Below, one piece after another: positions 49,656 through 59,460 of a stretch of DNA of 64,000 bases. The stretch's first letter is position 1. Each line of letters opens with the position of its first letter. Under the pieces are notes generated by a model that saw only the letters and a list, made by a program, of their open reading frames with translations, did not search any database and had not been told where the DNA came from. Source of the stretch: an uncultured Acidobacteriota bacterium (lineage in GTDB: Bacteria; Acidobacteriota; Vicinamibacteria; Vicinamibacterales; 2-12-FULL-66-21); NCBI GenBank assembly GCA_963725145.1, contig CAVRXL010000012.1, positions 1,155,616 to 1,219,615 on the forward strand, read 5' to 3'. The translations under genes and the position numbers were made by a program.

Positions 49656-52018
49656 CGCGAGGGCACCGGGACTTCCGGCAACGCAAGCGCGAGCGCTTCC
49701 ATGAGCGTCTTGACCGGCACGAACGTCATCTCTTTCCGTACTTCCTCGGGCAGCTCCGCCGCATCGTCGGCGTTCTGCGCGGGGAGGATGAACGTCTTGA
49801 CGCCGTGTCGGCGCGCGGCGAGCGCCTTCTCCCGGATGCCGCCGACCGGCAGCACGAGGCCCGACAACGTGATCTCCCCGGTCAGCGCCACGTCGTCACG
49901 AATCGGCTCGTCGCGGAAGGCGGAGACGATCGCCGTCGCCATCGTGACGCCGGCCGACGGCCCGTCCTTCGGGATCGCGCCGGCGGGCACGTGGACGTGC
50001 ACGTCGTGTGTGTTGAAGGCCTCCGGATCGATGCCGAGCGTCCGCGCCTGCTGGCGCACGTGGCTCAGCGCCGCCCGCGCCGATTCCTGCATGACGTTGC
50101 CGAGCTGCCCGGTGAGCGTCAGATTGCCTTTGCCGCCCGGCAGCAGGACCGCTTCGATGAACAGGACGTCTCCGCCCGTTTCGGTCCAGGCGACGCCCGT
50201 CGCCACGCCGGGGCGCGACGTGCGGAACGCCACGTCCGGACGGAACTGCGGCGGCCCGAGGTAGGTCTGGAGCTTGTCCGGTTCGATCGTCTCAGGGGCC
50301 GCGGCGGATGGATCGGCCTGGCCCGCGATCCGCGCCGCAACCTTCCGCGCGACCGCGCCGAGCCGTCGCTCGAGGCTTCGGACCCCGGCTTCGCGCGTGT
50401 ATTCGGCGATGATGCGGTGGATCGTCGCGTCGGGCACGACGATCTGCTCGGGCTTCAGTCCGTGCTCGGCCACCTGGCGCGGCAGCAGGTACTTCCGCGC
50501 GATGTGCACTTTCTCCTGCTCCGAGTAGCCGCTCAGCGAGATGACCTCCATCCGGTCGAGGAGGGCGGGGTGGACCGGTCCAAGCTGGTTCGCGGTCGCG
50601 ATGAACAGGACTTTTGACAGGTCGAGCGGAATCTCGAGGTAGTGGTCGCGGAACGTGTGATTCTGCGCCGGGTCGAGCACTTCGAGGAGCGCGGCGGCCG
50701 GGTCCCCCTGGATGCCGACGCTGATCTTGTCGATCTCGTCGAGCATGAAGACAGGGTTGACGGCGCCCGCCTGCTTGAACGCCGTCGCGATCCGGCCGGG
50801 CATCGCGCCGATGTAGGTCCGCCGGTGACCTCGAATCTCAGCCTCGTCGCGCACGCCGCCGAGCGAGATTCGGACGAACTTCCGGTTCATCGCGCGCGCG
50901 ATCGACTGGCCGAGCGACGTCTTGCCGACGCCTGGCGGCCCGACGAAGCAGAGGATGGGACCTTTCATGTCCCCCTTCAGCTTCCGCACCGCGAGGTACT
51001 CGACGATCCGCTCCTTGACCTTGTCGAGATCGTAGTGGTCCTCGTCGAGCACGCGGCGCGCCTCGACCGGATCGAGCCGGTCTTCGGTCGTGACCGACCA
51101 TGGAATCTCCAGAATCCAGTCGAGGTAGGTCCGGATCATCTGATACTCGGGCGACGCGGGCGTCATGCGCTCGAGGCGATCGACCTCGCGCATCGCGACG
51201 GCGTTGACGTGCTCAGGCAGCTTTGCGGCGGCGACGCGCTCGCGGAGCTCCTGCACCTCGCTGTCGGTCTCGCCGAGCTCCGATTGGATCGCCTTGAGCT
51301 GCTGCCGCAGCAGGTACTGCCGCTGGGCGTCGGTCATCTCCGCCTCGGCCTTCGAGGCGATCCGCCCCTTCATCTCCAGGACGTCGATCTCGCGGGCGAG
51401 CGCCGCCGCGACGGCGCCGAGCTTCACCGACAGGTTGTCCTCCTCGAGCAGCTTCTGCTTGTCCTCGGGCTTGATGTCGAGCAGGCTCGCGAGCAGATAG
51501 CAGATGCGCAGCGGATCGTCCAGGCTCGCTACGATCGCGCGGAGATCCGGCGCGAGGCCGGTCGCGACCGACAGGCCCCGCTCCACGAGCTCCTGAATCC
51601 GGCGTACCTGCGCGTCTACCTCGATCGTGCGCTCGGCCGGCTCGGGCATCGGCTTGACCAGCGCCAGAACCACGCGGGCTTCGCCCGCCGCTTCTTGATT
51701 GAGGAATTCCGCCCGCGCGCGCGCGATCCCTTCGACGAGGAGCCGGATGCCGCCGCTCGGCGCCTTGGCCATCTGCCGGACCAGGCCGATGGTGCCGACG
51801 CGCGCGAGATCGGACGGGCCCGGATCCTCCACGTCGGTCGTCTGCTGCAGCATCAGCACCATGCGATCGCCCGCGAGCGCGCGGTTGATCGCCTCGACCG
51901 ACAAAGCGCGGTTGACCGCGAGCGGCGCCGCCGTCAGCGGAAAGACGACGGAGCGGCGAAGCGGCAGGACGGGCAGCTCGGAGGGCAGCGGCGGACTCGA
52001 CGGGGAATCTGGGGACAT
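49652..52018 (-). CDS. lon: ATP-dependent protease La
   Basis: [57 protein letters not shown]. Confidence 0.97.
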   Translation of the reverse strand: MSPDSPSSPPLPSELPVLPLRRSVVFPLTAAPLAVNRALSVEAINRALAGDRMVLMLQQTTDVEDPGPSDLARVGTIGLVRQMAKAPSGGIRLLVEGIARARAEFLNQEAAGEARVVLALVKPMPEPAERTIEVDAQVRRIQELVERGLSVATGLAPDLRAIVASLDDPLRICYLLASLLDIKPEDKQKLLEEDNLSVKLGAVAAALAREIDVLEMKGRIASKAEAEMTDAQRQYLLRQQLKAIQSELGETDSEVQELRERVAAAKLPEHVNAVAMREVDRLERMTPASPEYQMIRTYLDWILEIPWSVTTEDRLDPVEARRVLDEDHYDLDKVKERIVEYLAVRKLKGDMKGPILCFVGPPGVGKTSLGQSIARAMNRKFVRISLGGVRDEAEIRGHRRTYIGAMPGRIATAFKQAGAVNPVFMLDEIDKISVGIQGDPAAALLEVLDPAQNHTFRDHYLEIPLDLSKVLFIATANQLGPVHPALLDRMEVISLSGYSEQEKVHIARKYLLPRQVAEHGLKPEQIVVPDATIHRIIAEYTREAGVRSLERRLGAVARKVAARIAGQADPSAAAPETIEPDKLQTYLGPPQFRPDVAFRTSRPGVATGVAWTETGGDVLFIEAVLLPGGKGNLTLTGQLGNVMQESARAALSHVRQQARTLGIDPEAFNTHDVHVHVPAGAIPKDGPSAGVTMATAIVSAFRDEPIRDDVALTGEITLSGLVLPVGGIREKALAARRHGVKTFILPAQNADDAAELPEEVRKEMTFVPVKTLMEALALALPEVPVPSR

Positions 52019-52024
52019 CAGTGT

Positions 52025-52052
52025 TGAATGCTGAATGCTGATTGCTGAATGC
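52025..52052. repeat. GAATGCT heptamer tandem repeat
   Basis: tgaatgctgaatgctgattgctgaatgc between the M28 stop and the lon start. Confidence 0.8.
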
Positions 52053-53558
52053 CTACGGCACGAATCGCGGGGGAGAAGGCCCCTCGGACAGCCGCCACGC
52101 CGCCTCGAACGTCATTCGCGCGACCCGCGCCAGTTTCCCGAAGTTTATCTTGTCCGCATCGTCGTCGGGCGTGTGGTAGTCGGGGTGGAGGCCAGTCGTC
52201 AGAAACAGCGCAGGGATTCCCTGTTCGAGGAACGACCAGTGGTCGCTGCGGCGCACCAGATTGTGGGATCCCCCGTCATAGCTGGTGCGCAGGTCGAAAC
52301 GCGCGGCTTCGTTGGCGACGCGCACGACCGACGTCAGGTCCGGGCTGTGCGTATAGCCGAGCAGGTGCAGGACGTTGACGTTGTCCTTCGCCTTCGTGGC
52401 CGTGAAGCCGTTGAAGCGCGGGCTCGACGGATCCGGCACGTCCTCGTCCCGGCCGACCATGTCGAGGTTGAGGTTTGCGATCGGGCGCCCCGGCGGAGAC
52501 GGATGCGCCACGAAATGCCGCGAGCCGAAGAGCCCCGTTTCCTCGGCGTTCCAGATCCCGAAGACGAGCGTCCGCGCGGGACGCGCGCCGGCCGCTGCGG
52601 CCGACGCGAACGCATCCGCCACTTCCAGGACCGCCGCTACGCCGGACGCATCGTCATCCGCGCCGTTGAAGACGCCGCGCTGGGGATCGACGCCGTCGTG
52701 GTCGAGGTGGGCGCCGACGACGACGAGCTCGTCGCGGCGCGCCGGGTCGGCACCCGCTATCGCGGCGACGACGTTGCAGGTCTTGACGGGACGCCGGTCG
52801 ATTTCGGCCGCGAGCGTCAGTCGGCCGCGGCCGACGAGCGGGCGAAGTTTTTCGGCCAGGCCTTCAGTCACGTACGCCACCGGTATCGCCGCGATCTCCG
52901 CTGACTGGTAGGAGGGATCGTTGTCGAGCGGCCCCATCTGCCAGGTATCGCCGAGTGGTTCCAGCGACGGGGAGACGATGAGCACGCCGACCGCACCCTT
53001 CAGCGTCCACTCGGTCACCGTCCGGCGGATCTCGGCGGACCGGCTGAAACCTGATGCGATCGGGAGGAGGACGATTCGGCCAGGCGCCTCGCGCGGCTGG
53101 AACGTCGCCTCGGCGGTCACGGTTCTGGACGCGGAGATCGTGGCTGGATAGAACTCTTCGCCGGCGGTCCTTCGCAACAGCTCGTGGCCGTCGGTGTCAT
53201 GCAGCTCGAGAGTGGTGGCGCGGCTGAGCGCCGCGTCAAACAGTCCGAAATTCTGAAAGTACGCCGCCGATTGCGGCGACTCCCGTTGATCGATCGCCGC
53301 GGGGACGCCGGCCCGCCTGAACGCGTCTGCGACATATTCGGCGGCGCGCCGGTTGCCGGGCGTCTCGAGGCCGCGCCCGTCCATGTCGTCGGCGGCGAGC
53401 ACGCGGACGTGCTCGGAGAGATCGCCCTGAGTGATGGTGAGCGAGGCGCGCTCCACTTCTGGCGACAGCGGCGTACGGATTGCGGCGGCCGACGCCGCCG
53501 CTGCCGCGACGAGCGCCACGGCGATCGCTCGCCACCCGATTTGTCGAAGCGCAATCAT
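52053..53558 (-). CDS. Secreted M28-family aminopeptidase
   Basis: LAADDMDGR, GAHLDH, NGADDDASG, AEETGLFGS, NLDMVGR, RSDH, DYHTPDD. Confidence 0.92.
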   Translation of the reverse strand: MIALRQIGWRAIAVALVAAAAASAAAIRTPLSPEVERASLTITQGDLSEHVRVLAADDMDGRGLETPGNRRAAEYVADAFRRAGVPAAIDQRESPQSAAYFQNFGLFDAALSRATTLELHDTDGHELLRRTAGEEFYPATISASRTVTAEATFQPREAPGRIVLLPIASGFSRSAEIRRTVTEWTLKGAVGVLIVSPSLEPLGDTWQMGPLDNDPSYQSAEIAAIPVAYVTEGLAEKLRPLVGRGRLTLAAEIDRRPVKTCNVVAAIAGADPARRDELVVVGAHLDHDGVDPQRGVFNGADDDASGVAAVLEVADAFASAAAAGARPARTLVFGIWNAEETGLFGSRHFVAHPSPPGRPIANLNLDMVGRDEDVPDPSSPRFNGFTATKAKDNVNVLHLLGYTHSPDLTSVVRVANEAARFDLRTSYDGGSHNLVRRSDHWSFLEQGIPALFLTTGLHPDYHTPDDDADKINFGKLARVARMTFEAAWRLSEGPSPPRFVP

Positions 53559-53563
53559 CGTAG

Positions 53564-53678
53564 GTAGCGCAGCCCTCTAGCAGCCCGTAGCGCAGCCCTC
53601 TAGCAGCCCGTAGCGCAGCCCTCTAGCAGCCCGTAGCGCAGCTCTCTAGCAGTCCGTAGCGCAGCCCTTTAGGGCTGC
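53564..53678 (+). repeat. Five tandem 23-bp REP-derived units
   Basis: gtagcgcagccctctagcagccc x3, one variant unit, then gtagc-gcagccct-tt-agggctgc (complete hairpin). Confidence 0.92.
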
Positions 53679-53723
53679 TTCTGAGTCTATCGCAAGGACT
53701 ACCTCGTCCGTGTCGTCGCGCGG

Positions 53724-54455
53724 TCAGTAGATCCACGGCAGGATCTTCCACTTCACTCGGCCCGTGTACCTTCGATACTGGTCGCCAAATGCCTCGACGA
53801 GCGAGCGCTCCTCGAAAGGCACCGCCATTGCAAGATAAGTGGTGCTGACGATGGCGAACATCAGGCGATCGGTAGTCATCCGCGGCGCGGCGAACACGAA
53901 CAGGACCCATCCGAAGTAGACCGGATGCCGAACCCAGCCGTACACGCCCGAGGTCCTCAACGACGGGTCTGGCGCGCCAGGCGGGTTCGGTTTGCCCGTC
54001 TGACGGGCCGCAGTCGTTCGGGCGGGACGGAGACCGGCCAGCTCGAACGGGTGAAGCGCCGCGCTCGCAACGAGCGCAAGGACGACTCCCGCGGCCTGCA
54101 CGAGATACCAGCCGATCGCGATCGGTCCGCGGATGCCGTAAAGGATGCCGCCGATTGACTGCCATAGGCCGCACGTCGCAAGGAACAGCAGGCTCGAGAT
54201 CCAGACGTACGTCGACCGCTCCAGCTCTGCCGGAACGACGCGCGTCAGCCATTGCTTTGCGCCGGTTCGGGCCATGATGCTGTGATGAAGAGCGAAGATT
54301 GAAAACAGGAGGAGGTCGATCGTCAGCGCGCGCAGGCCGCCAGCCGGCTCCGGTCGATCGAGGAGGATCAGATAGAAGAAGAGAAAGTACAGCAACGAGC
54401 CGACGAACAACACGGCGCCGATCCAGGCAAACGCGCGCCTGAGGCTGTAATGCAT
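53724..54455 (-). CDS. ICMT/NnrU/MddA-like integral-membrane methyltransferase
   Basis: FALHHSIMAR, ERSTYV, LRTSGVYGWVRHPVYFG, MTTDRL, EERSL...FG..Y..Y. Confidence 0.75.
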   Translation of the reverse strand: MHYSLRRAFAWIGAVLFVGSLLYFLFFYLILLDRPEPAGGLRALTIDLLLFSIFALHHSIMARTGAKQWLTRVVPAELERSTYVWISSLLFLATCGLWQSIGGILYGIRGPIAIGWYLVQAAGVVLALVASAALHPFELAGLRPARTTAARQTGKPNPPGAPDPSLRTSGVYGWVRHPVYFGWVLFVFAAPRMTTDRLMFAIVSTTYLAMAVPFEERSLVEAFGDQYRRYTGRVKWKILPWIY

Positions 54456-54489
54456 CGGCTCCGTATTATAGAGTTCGGATAGCGGACAT

Positions 54490-55752
54490 ATGCCCACCCC
54501 CAGCGTGGCCATAACCGGCATCGGCGTCGTGTCGCCTTTTGGCGTCGGCCGCGAATGCTTCTGGAGCGGCCTCCGCGCCGGGCGAAGCGGCGTGCGAGCG
54601 ATCACCGACTTCGACGCCTCCATGTTCGCGTGCGGCGTTGCCGCGCCGGTTCCGCTCCTGACGCAGGCGGACATTCCGGCGGTCAACGGGAACGGCCACC
54701 TCGCGGGCAACGCGGACCCCCGCCGCTACTCGCGCACCTCGCTCGTCGCGGTCATCGCCGCCATCGAAGCCTGGAAGGATGCGGGGCTCCGCCAGGCGGA
54801 GCCGGGGGCGGGCGTGATCGTCGGAAGCGGGGCCGGCGGCATCGACGTCGCCGAACGGCAGTACAGGGAGTTCTTCACCGACGGCTGGAAACGCGTCGGT
54901 CCGTACGCGATTCCCGTGTCGATCGTCGGCATGGTCTCCAGTGAGATCTCGATCGCGCTCGAGCTGCACGGGATCAGCCACGTGCTCTCGACCGGGTGCA
55001 CGAGCTCGACGGATGCCATCGGCTACGCGGCGGCGCTCATCCGGTCGGGCGAAGCGGACGTCCTGCTGTCGGGTGGCGCCGACGCCTGCGTGACACCAGG
55101 CATGATCTTCGGCTTCTCGAAGATGAAGGCCGTCTCCACGCACTACAACGCCACGCCCGCGCTCGCGTCGCGTCCATTCGACCGCGGCCGGGACGGGTTC
55201 GTCCTCGGCGAAGGCGCATGGATGATCGTTCTCGAGCGCGAGGACCGCGCGCGTGCCCGCGGCGCGTGCGTCTACGCGACCATCGACGGCTACGCGTCGA
55301 CGTGCGACGCCTACCACCGCGTGCAGATGGATCCGGAGGGCGAGCAGATCATCCGCGCGATGGCCGGTGCGATCGAGCGCAGCGGCCGCGCGATCGATGA
55401 GATCGGCTACGTCAACTATCACGGCACGTCGACGGTCTTGAACGACGCGGTCGAGGCCCGGTGCGTGCGACGCCTGTTCGGCCCGCGCGCAGACGGACTG
55501 CCAGGGTCCTCGACGAAATCGATGATCGGTCATCCCCAGGGCGCCAGCGGCGCCGCCGGGGTGGTGGCGAGCGCGCTGGCGCTGGCCCGCGGGTTCCTGC
55601 CGCCGACGATCAACCAGGTCGAGCCGGATCCCGATTGCGACCTCGACGTCATCCCGAACCATGGGCGCGAGGCCGAGCCTGCGGCCGCGCTCTGCAACTG
55701 CCTCGGATTCGGCTCGAAGAACAGCGCCCTCGTGCTGGGACGGTGTGATTGA
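54490..55752 (+). CDS. Beta-ketoacyl synthase (FabF / type II PKS KS-alpha-like)
   Basis: ITGIGVVSPFG, STGCTSS (Cys), SRPFD..RDGFVLGEG, NYHGTST (His), KSMIGH (His), PPTIN, GFGSKN. Confidence 0.9.
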   Translation: MPTPSVAITGIGVVSPFGVGRECFWSGLRAGRSGVRAITDFDASMFACGVAAPVPLLTQADIPAVNGNGHLAGNADPRRYSRTSLVAVIAAIEAWKDAGLRQAEPGAGVIVGSGAGGIDVAERQYREFFTDGWKRVGPYAIPVSIVGMVSSEISIALELHGISHVLSTGCTSSTDAIGYAAALIRSGEADVLLSGGADACVTPGMIFGFSKMKAVSTHYNATPALASRPFDRGRDGFVLGEGAWMIVLEREDRARARGACVYATIDGYASTCDAYHRVQMDPEGEQIIRAMAGAIERSGRAIDEIGYVNYHGTSTVLNDAVEARCVRRLFGPRADGLPGSSTKSMIGHPQGASGAAGVVASALALARGFLPPTINQVEPDPDCDLDVIPNHGREAEPAAALCNCLGFGSKNSALVLGRCD

Positions 55753-56899
55753 CGTCCTGGTGATCGGAGGCGGTCCGGCCGGCGCAATCGCCGGTGTTCT
55801 CCTCGCGCGCCGCGGTGCCCGCGTCCGCCTGATCGAGCGCGGCGTTTTTCCACGCGACAAGCTGTGCGGCGATACGCTGAATCCCGGCGCTCTGGCGCTG
55901 CTCGATCGCCTGGGGCTCGGAGGCGTGTCATCCGGCGGCCTCCCGGTCCACGGCATGATCGTGACGGGACCCGATGGTGGCCGCGTCCGCGTCGAAGGGC
56001 GGTACCCGGACGGCACGATCGGGCGCGCGCTCCGCCGGCGTGACCTCGACGCGTCGATCCTCCGTGCGGCGGCGGCGGAAGGGGTCGAGATCGAAGAGGG
56101 CGTTGCCGTAACGTCGCCGATCGTCTCGGATGGCCGCGTGCGCGGCGTCACGATGCGATTGCGCGGCGAGGAGCGGCGCCTCACGGCGCCGCTGACCATT
56201 GCCGCGGACGGCCGGCGATCGCGGCTGGCGTTCGGGCTTGGCCTCGCTCGACATCCTCGCCGCCCGCGTCGATGGGCGATCGGCGGCTACTACGACGACG
56301 TCACCGGGTTGACGGCGTTCGGCGAGATGCACATCCGGCCGCGCGGATACCTCGGCGTCGCGCCGCTGCCCGGCGGACTCGTGAATGCCTGCCTGGTGAT
56401 CGACTCGCCGCGAGATCTCTTCGATCCGGCCGACAGGCTGGACCACGCCGTGCAGGGGGATCCGGCCACCGCCGACCGCTTCGCGGATGCGCGCCGGTGT
56501 GGGCCGGTCTCCGTGCTCGGCCCCCTGGCCGTCGAGTCGCGGACGGCGGGGATGGACGGATTGCTGCTCGCGGGTGACGCCGCCGGGTTCATCGACCCGA
56601 TGACCGGTGACGGGCTGAGGTTCGCGATTGCGGGCGCGGAGCTGGCGGCGCGCGCGGCGGGGGAGTTTCTCGACGGACGGCTCGCCGATCCGCACCGCGC
56701 CCTTACGGAGTGGCGCCGCGAGCTGTTTCAGGTGAAGTGGCGATTCAACCGTGGACTGCGCGCGCTCGTCGCTGCGCCGGCTGCCGTACGCGCCGCCGCC
56801 GCGGGGGCGCGGGTCATGCCGTCGCTCGTCCGCATGGCGATCGCGTACGCTGGGGATGTTCCACGGTTCAGAGAAGTCGATGCTTCAGACGGGCCTTAG
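55745..56899 (+). CDS. FAD-dependent oxidoreductase (geranylgeranyl reductase / aromatic hydroxylase-like)
   Basis: VIGGGPAG, FPRDKLCG, AADGRRS, AGDAAGFIDPMTGDG. Confidence 0.88.
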   Translation: MIDVLVIGGGPAGAIAGVLLARRGARVRLIERGVFPRDKLCGDTLNPGALALLDRLGLGGVSSGGLPVHGMIVTGPDGGRVRVEGRYPDGTIGRALRRRDLDASILRAAAAEGVEIEEGVAVTSPIVSDGRVRGVTMRLRGEERRLTAPLTIAADGRRSRLAFGLGLARHPRRPRRWAIGGYYDDVTGLTAFGEMHIRPRGYLGVAPLPGGLVNACLVIDSPRDLFDPADRLDHAVQGDPATADRFADARRCGPVSVLGPLAVESRTAGMDGLLLAGDAAGFIDPMTGDGLRFAIAGAELAARAAGEFLDGRLADPHRALTEWRRELFQVKWRFNRGLRALVAAPAAVRAAAAGARVMPSLVRMAIAYAGDVPRFREVDASDGP

Positions 56900-57401
56900 C
56901 GCCCTCCTCGTCGTCGCCTTCCTCATCCTCGAGACGCTACGCTCGCGCGCGAACGAGCGCGCGTTGCGGGCGCGCGGCGCGGTCGAGCCGGCGGGGGATG
57001 TCTACACGGCGATGGCCGCCGCGTACCCGCTCGCGCTTTTCGCGCCCTTCGCCGCCGCGATCCGCGACGGGCCGGCGTCGGCGCCCGTCTGGGCCGCGGG
57101 CGTTGTGATGTTCCTCGCGGCCAAGGCGCTGAAGTTCTGGGCGATCCACGCGCTGGGGCCGCGGTGGACGTTCCGCGTGCTGGTCGTTCAGGGGGAGCGG
57201 CTGGTGACGTCAGGCCCGTACCGCTACCTGCGGCACCCGAACTATGTCGCCGTGGCGGGAGAGATTGCCGGCGTCGCGATGATGTGCGCGGCGCCGGCGA
57301 TCGGACTGGCGGCTCTTCTCGGGTTCGGCGCATTGATGTGGCGCCGGATCGCGATCGAGGAGCGGGCCCTGGCGGCGTCTCAATTCTTCCGGATGCTATA
57401 G
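56880..57401 (+). CDS. Isoprenylcysteine carboxyl methyltransferase family protein (SrsB/BpsB-like)
   Basis: SRANERALRARGAVE, WAIHALGPRWTFRV, GPYRYLRHPNYVAV, RIAIEERAL. Confidence 0.88.
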   Translation: MLQTGLSALLVVAFLILETLRSRANERALRARGAVEPAGDVYTAMAAAYPLALFAPFAAAIRDGPASAPVWAAGVVMFLAAKALKFWAIHALGPRWTFRVLVVQGERLVTSGPYRYLRHPNYVAVAGEIAGVAMMCAAPAIGLAALLGFGALMWRRIAIEERALAASQFFRML

Positions 57402-57410
57402 TCGGATTAC

Positions 57411-59354
57411 GTGCGATTCCCTCGACTGCTGCCGTCGAGCCTGCCGGCCCTGCCCTGGTGGGCGCGAGCGGCAGATGCGCTCACGCTGACGATTCTCCTC
57501 GTCTCGCCCATCGTCGCCGCAACCGGCGGGTTCCGCGTCACCATCTACGGCCTGCTGGTCTCCGTCCGATCCGTCGATCGATTGATCCTCTACGCGATTA
57601 TCCTCGGTGCGATCCGGCACTGGGCGGTGCGATCGCCAACGCTGCTCCAGCGTCTCCGCGCGTTCCCCGAACGCGTGCCGGAAGACGCAGACGACCGGGC
57701 GCCGCTCGCACCAGACGAACACGCCCTGTTTCCCGAGCGGCGATCGTTCGGGCGCGCCGCGTTCGAGTTCGCGGGCCTCTCGATCGGGTTCGGACTGCTG
57801 GTGGTCGTCATGACATGGCCGCAGGCCGCGCGGCTCGACATGGTGCCGGACCTCGGCGACCCGCTGTTCTCGACGTGGCGGCTCGCATGGATCGCGCATC
57901 AGATCGTCCGCGATCCGCTGCACCTGTTCGACGGCAACATCTTCTATCCCGAGCGGCTCACGCTGACCTACTCGGATTCGCACGTGGTGCTCGGCTTCAT
58001 GGGCGCTCCGTTCATCTGGGCCGGGATCCACCAGCTGGTCGTTTACAACGCCCTGTTCCTTTCGGTCATCGCGCTGTCCGGCGTCACGATGTTCCTGCTC
58101 GTCCGGGCGCTGACGGGACGCGCCGACGCCGCGCTCGTATCGGGCGTCCTGTTCACGCTCTATCCCTACCGGTTCGAGCACTACAGCCACCTGGAGCTGC
58201 AGGCGACGTTCTGGATCCCGCTCCTGCTGCTGGCCATTCATCGCGCGTTCAAGCGCGGGCGCCTGCGCGACGGGCTGGCTGCGGGCCTGCTGATGGGACT
58301 CCAGACGCTGTCGTCGCTGTACTACGGCGTCTTCCTGACGGTTTTTCTCGTACCGATCTGCGGTGTGCTCTGGCTGCACTCGCGTGTCGCCCGGCCGGCG
58401 GTGCGCGGGCTCGCCGCCGGCGTCGTCGTGGCGGCGGCGATGGTCGCGCCGGTTGCCGCGGCATACGTCGCGAACCGATCGATGGTGGGGGAGCGGCCGT
58501 TCGGCGTGATCGAAACTTACAGCGCCCAGGGAAGCGACTATCTGGTCCCGCACTGGAGGGCCGCGCGATACGGAACCATCGGCGCCGAGCATCGTCCGGA
58601 ATGCGAGCTGTTTCCGACGATCACGCCGGTGGCGCTCGCGCTCGCCGGTGCGTGGCCCCCGCTGTCGGCCGCGCGCATCGGCTACATTTCTGCGCTGGCG
58701 CTCGCGTTCGATGCGTCGCTCGGGAGCAACGGCAGCGTGTACCGGCTGCTCTACGAGTATGCGCCCGGCTTCCGCGCGCTGCGGGTGCCGTCGCGGTTCA
58801 GCGTGCTCGTGGGGATGACGCTCACCCTGCTGGCCGGCTACGGGGTCGCGCGAGTGACGCGCGCGCGCGGATCGGCCGCCCGCTGGACGATGGCCTTCCT
58901 TGCGGCTGGAGCCGGGATCTTCGAGATGACGCCTCGGAACATCCTCGTGCCGGCCTGGATGGAGCCGCCGGCGATCTTCGCGAGCCTGCCGAACGATCCA
59001 GGCGTCGTGCTCGTGGAGCTGCCGATGGCGCTCGATGAGCTGACCATCTGGGAGGACGCGCGGTCCGACTACAACTCGACGTTCCATTGGCGGAAGGTCG
59101 CGAACGGCGCGAGCGGCCACTTTCCCGAGTCGTATCTCCAGCTCTTCGCGCGCCTGCAGGGTTTCCCCAGCGACGACGCGATGGAGTACTTGTGCGAACG
59201 CGGCGTCACGCACGTCGCGGTGCACCAGAAGTTTTACATACACGATCGATATGCGCGCGTCGTGCGGGAGCTCGACGCGCGGACGGACATCGTCCTCGTG
59301 GCCACGGGGTCGTTTCTCGGAGCGGAATCGCGCTTGTACCGCCTGGCGCATTAA
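57411..59354 (+). CDS. Polytopic membrane protein, GT-C/YfhO-like glycosyltransferase
   Basis: TWPQA, GDPLFSTW.LAW, FDGNIFYP...LTYSD, PYRFEHYSHLEL, LRVPSRF, HWRKVANGASG. Confidence 0.65.
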   Translation: MRFPRLLPSSLPALPWWARAADALTLTILLVSPIVAATGGFRVTIYGLLVSVRSVDRLILYAIILGAIRHWAVRSPTLLQRLRAFPERVPEDADDRAPLAPDEHALFPERRSFGRAAFEFAGLSIGFGLLVVVMTWPQAARLDMVPDLGDPLFSTWRLAWIAHQIVRDPLHLFDGNIFYPERLTLTYSDSHVVLGFMGAPFIWAGIHQLVVYNALFLSVIALSGVTMFLLVRALTGRADAALVSGVLFTLYPYRFEHYSHLELQATFWIPLLLLAIHRAFKRGRLRDGLAAGLLMGLQTLSSLYYGVFLTVFLVPICGVLWLHSRVARPAVRGLAAGVVVAAAMVAPVAAAYVANRSMVGERPFGVIETYSAQGSDYLVPHWRAARYGTIGAEHRPECELFPTITPVALALAGAWPPLSAARIGYISALALAFDASLGSNGSVYRLLYEYAPGFRALRVPSRFSVLVGMTLTLLAGYGVARVTRARGSAARWTMAFLAAGAGIFEMTPRNILVPAWMEPPAIFASLPNDPGVVLVELPMALDELTIWEDARSDYNSTFHWRKVANGASGHFPESYLQLFARLQGFPSDDAMEYLCERGVTHVAVHQKFYIHDRYARVVRELDARTDIVLVATGSFLGAESRLYRLAH

Positions 59355-59362
59355 TCGTCGCT

Positions 59363-59397
59363 CGCCGAAGCGGCGGGCGCGACACGCCGCGAAGGCG
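59363..59397. repeat. CGCC-GAA-[hairpin]-GAA-GGCG intergenic motif, copy 2
   Basis: cgcc gaa gcggcg-N9-cgccgc gaa ggcg. Confidence 0.6.
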
Positions 59398-59460
59398 GCC
59401 GGACTCTCGGGGTTGGCGTCTAATTCGTTGGGAGAGGGGGCTATAATGCGCAGCAATGCG

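Noticed and set aside
53564-53678. Possible CRISPR array
   Set aside because: The units are directly adjacent with no unique spacers, and there are no cas genes in the window.
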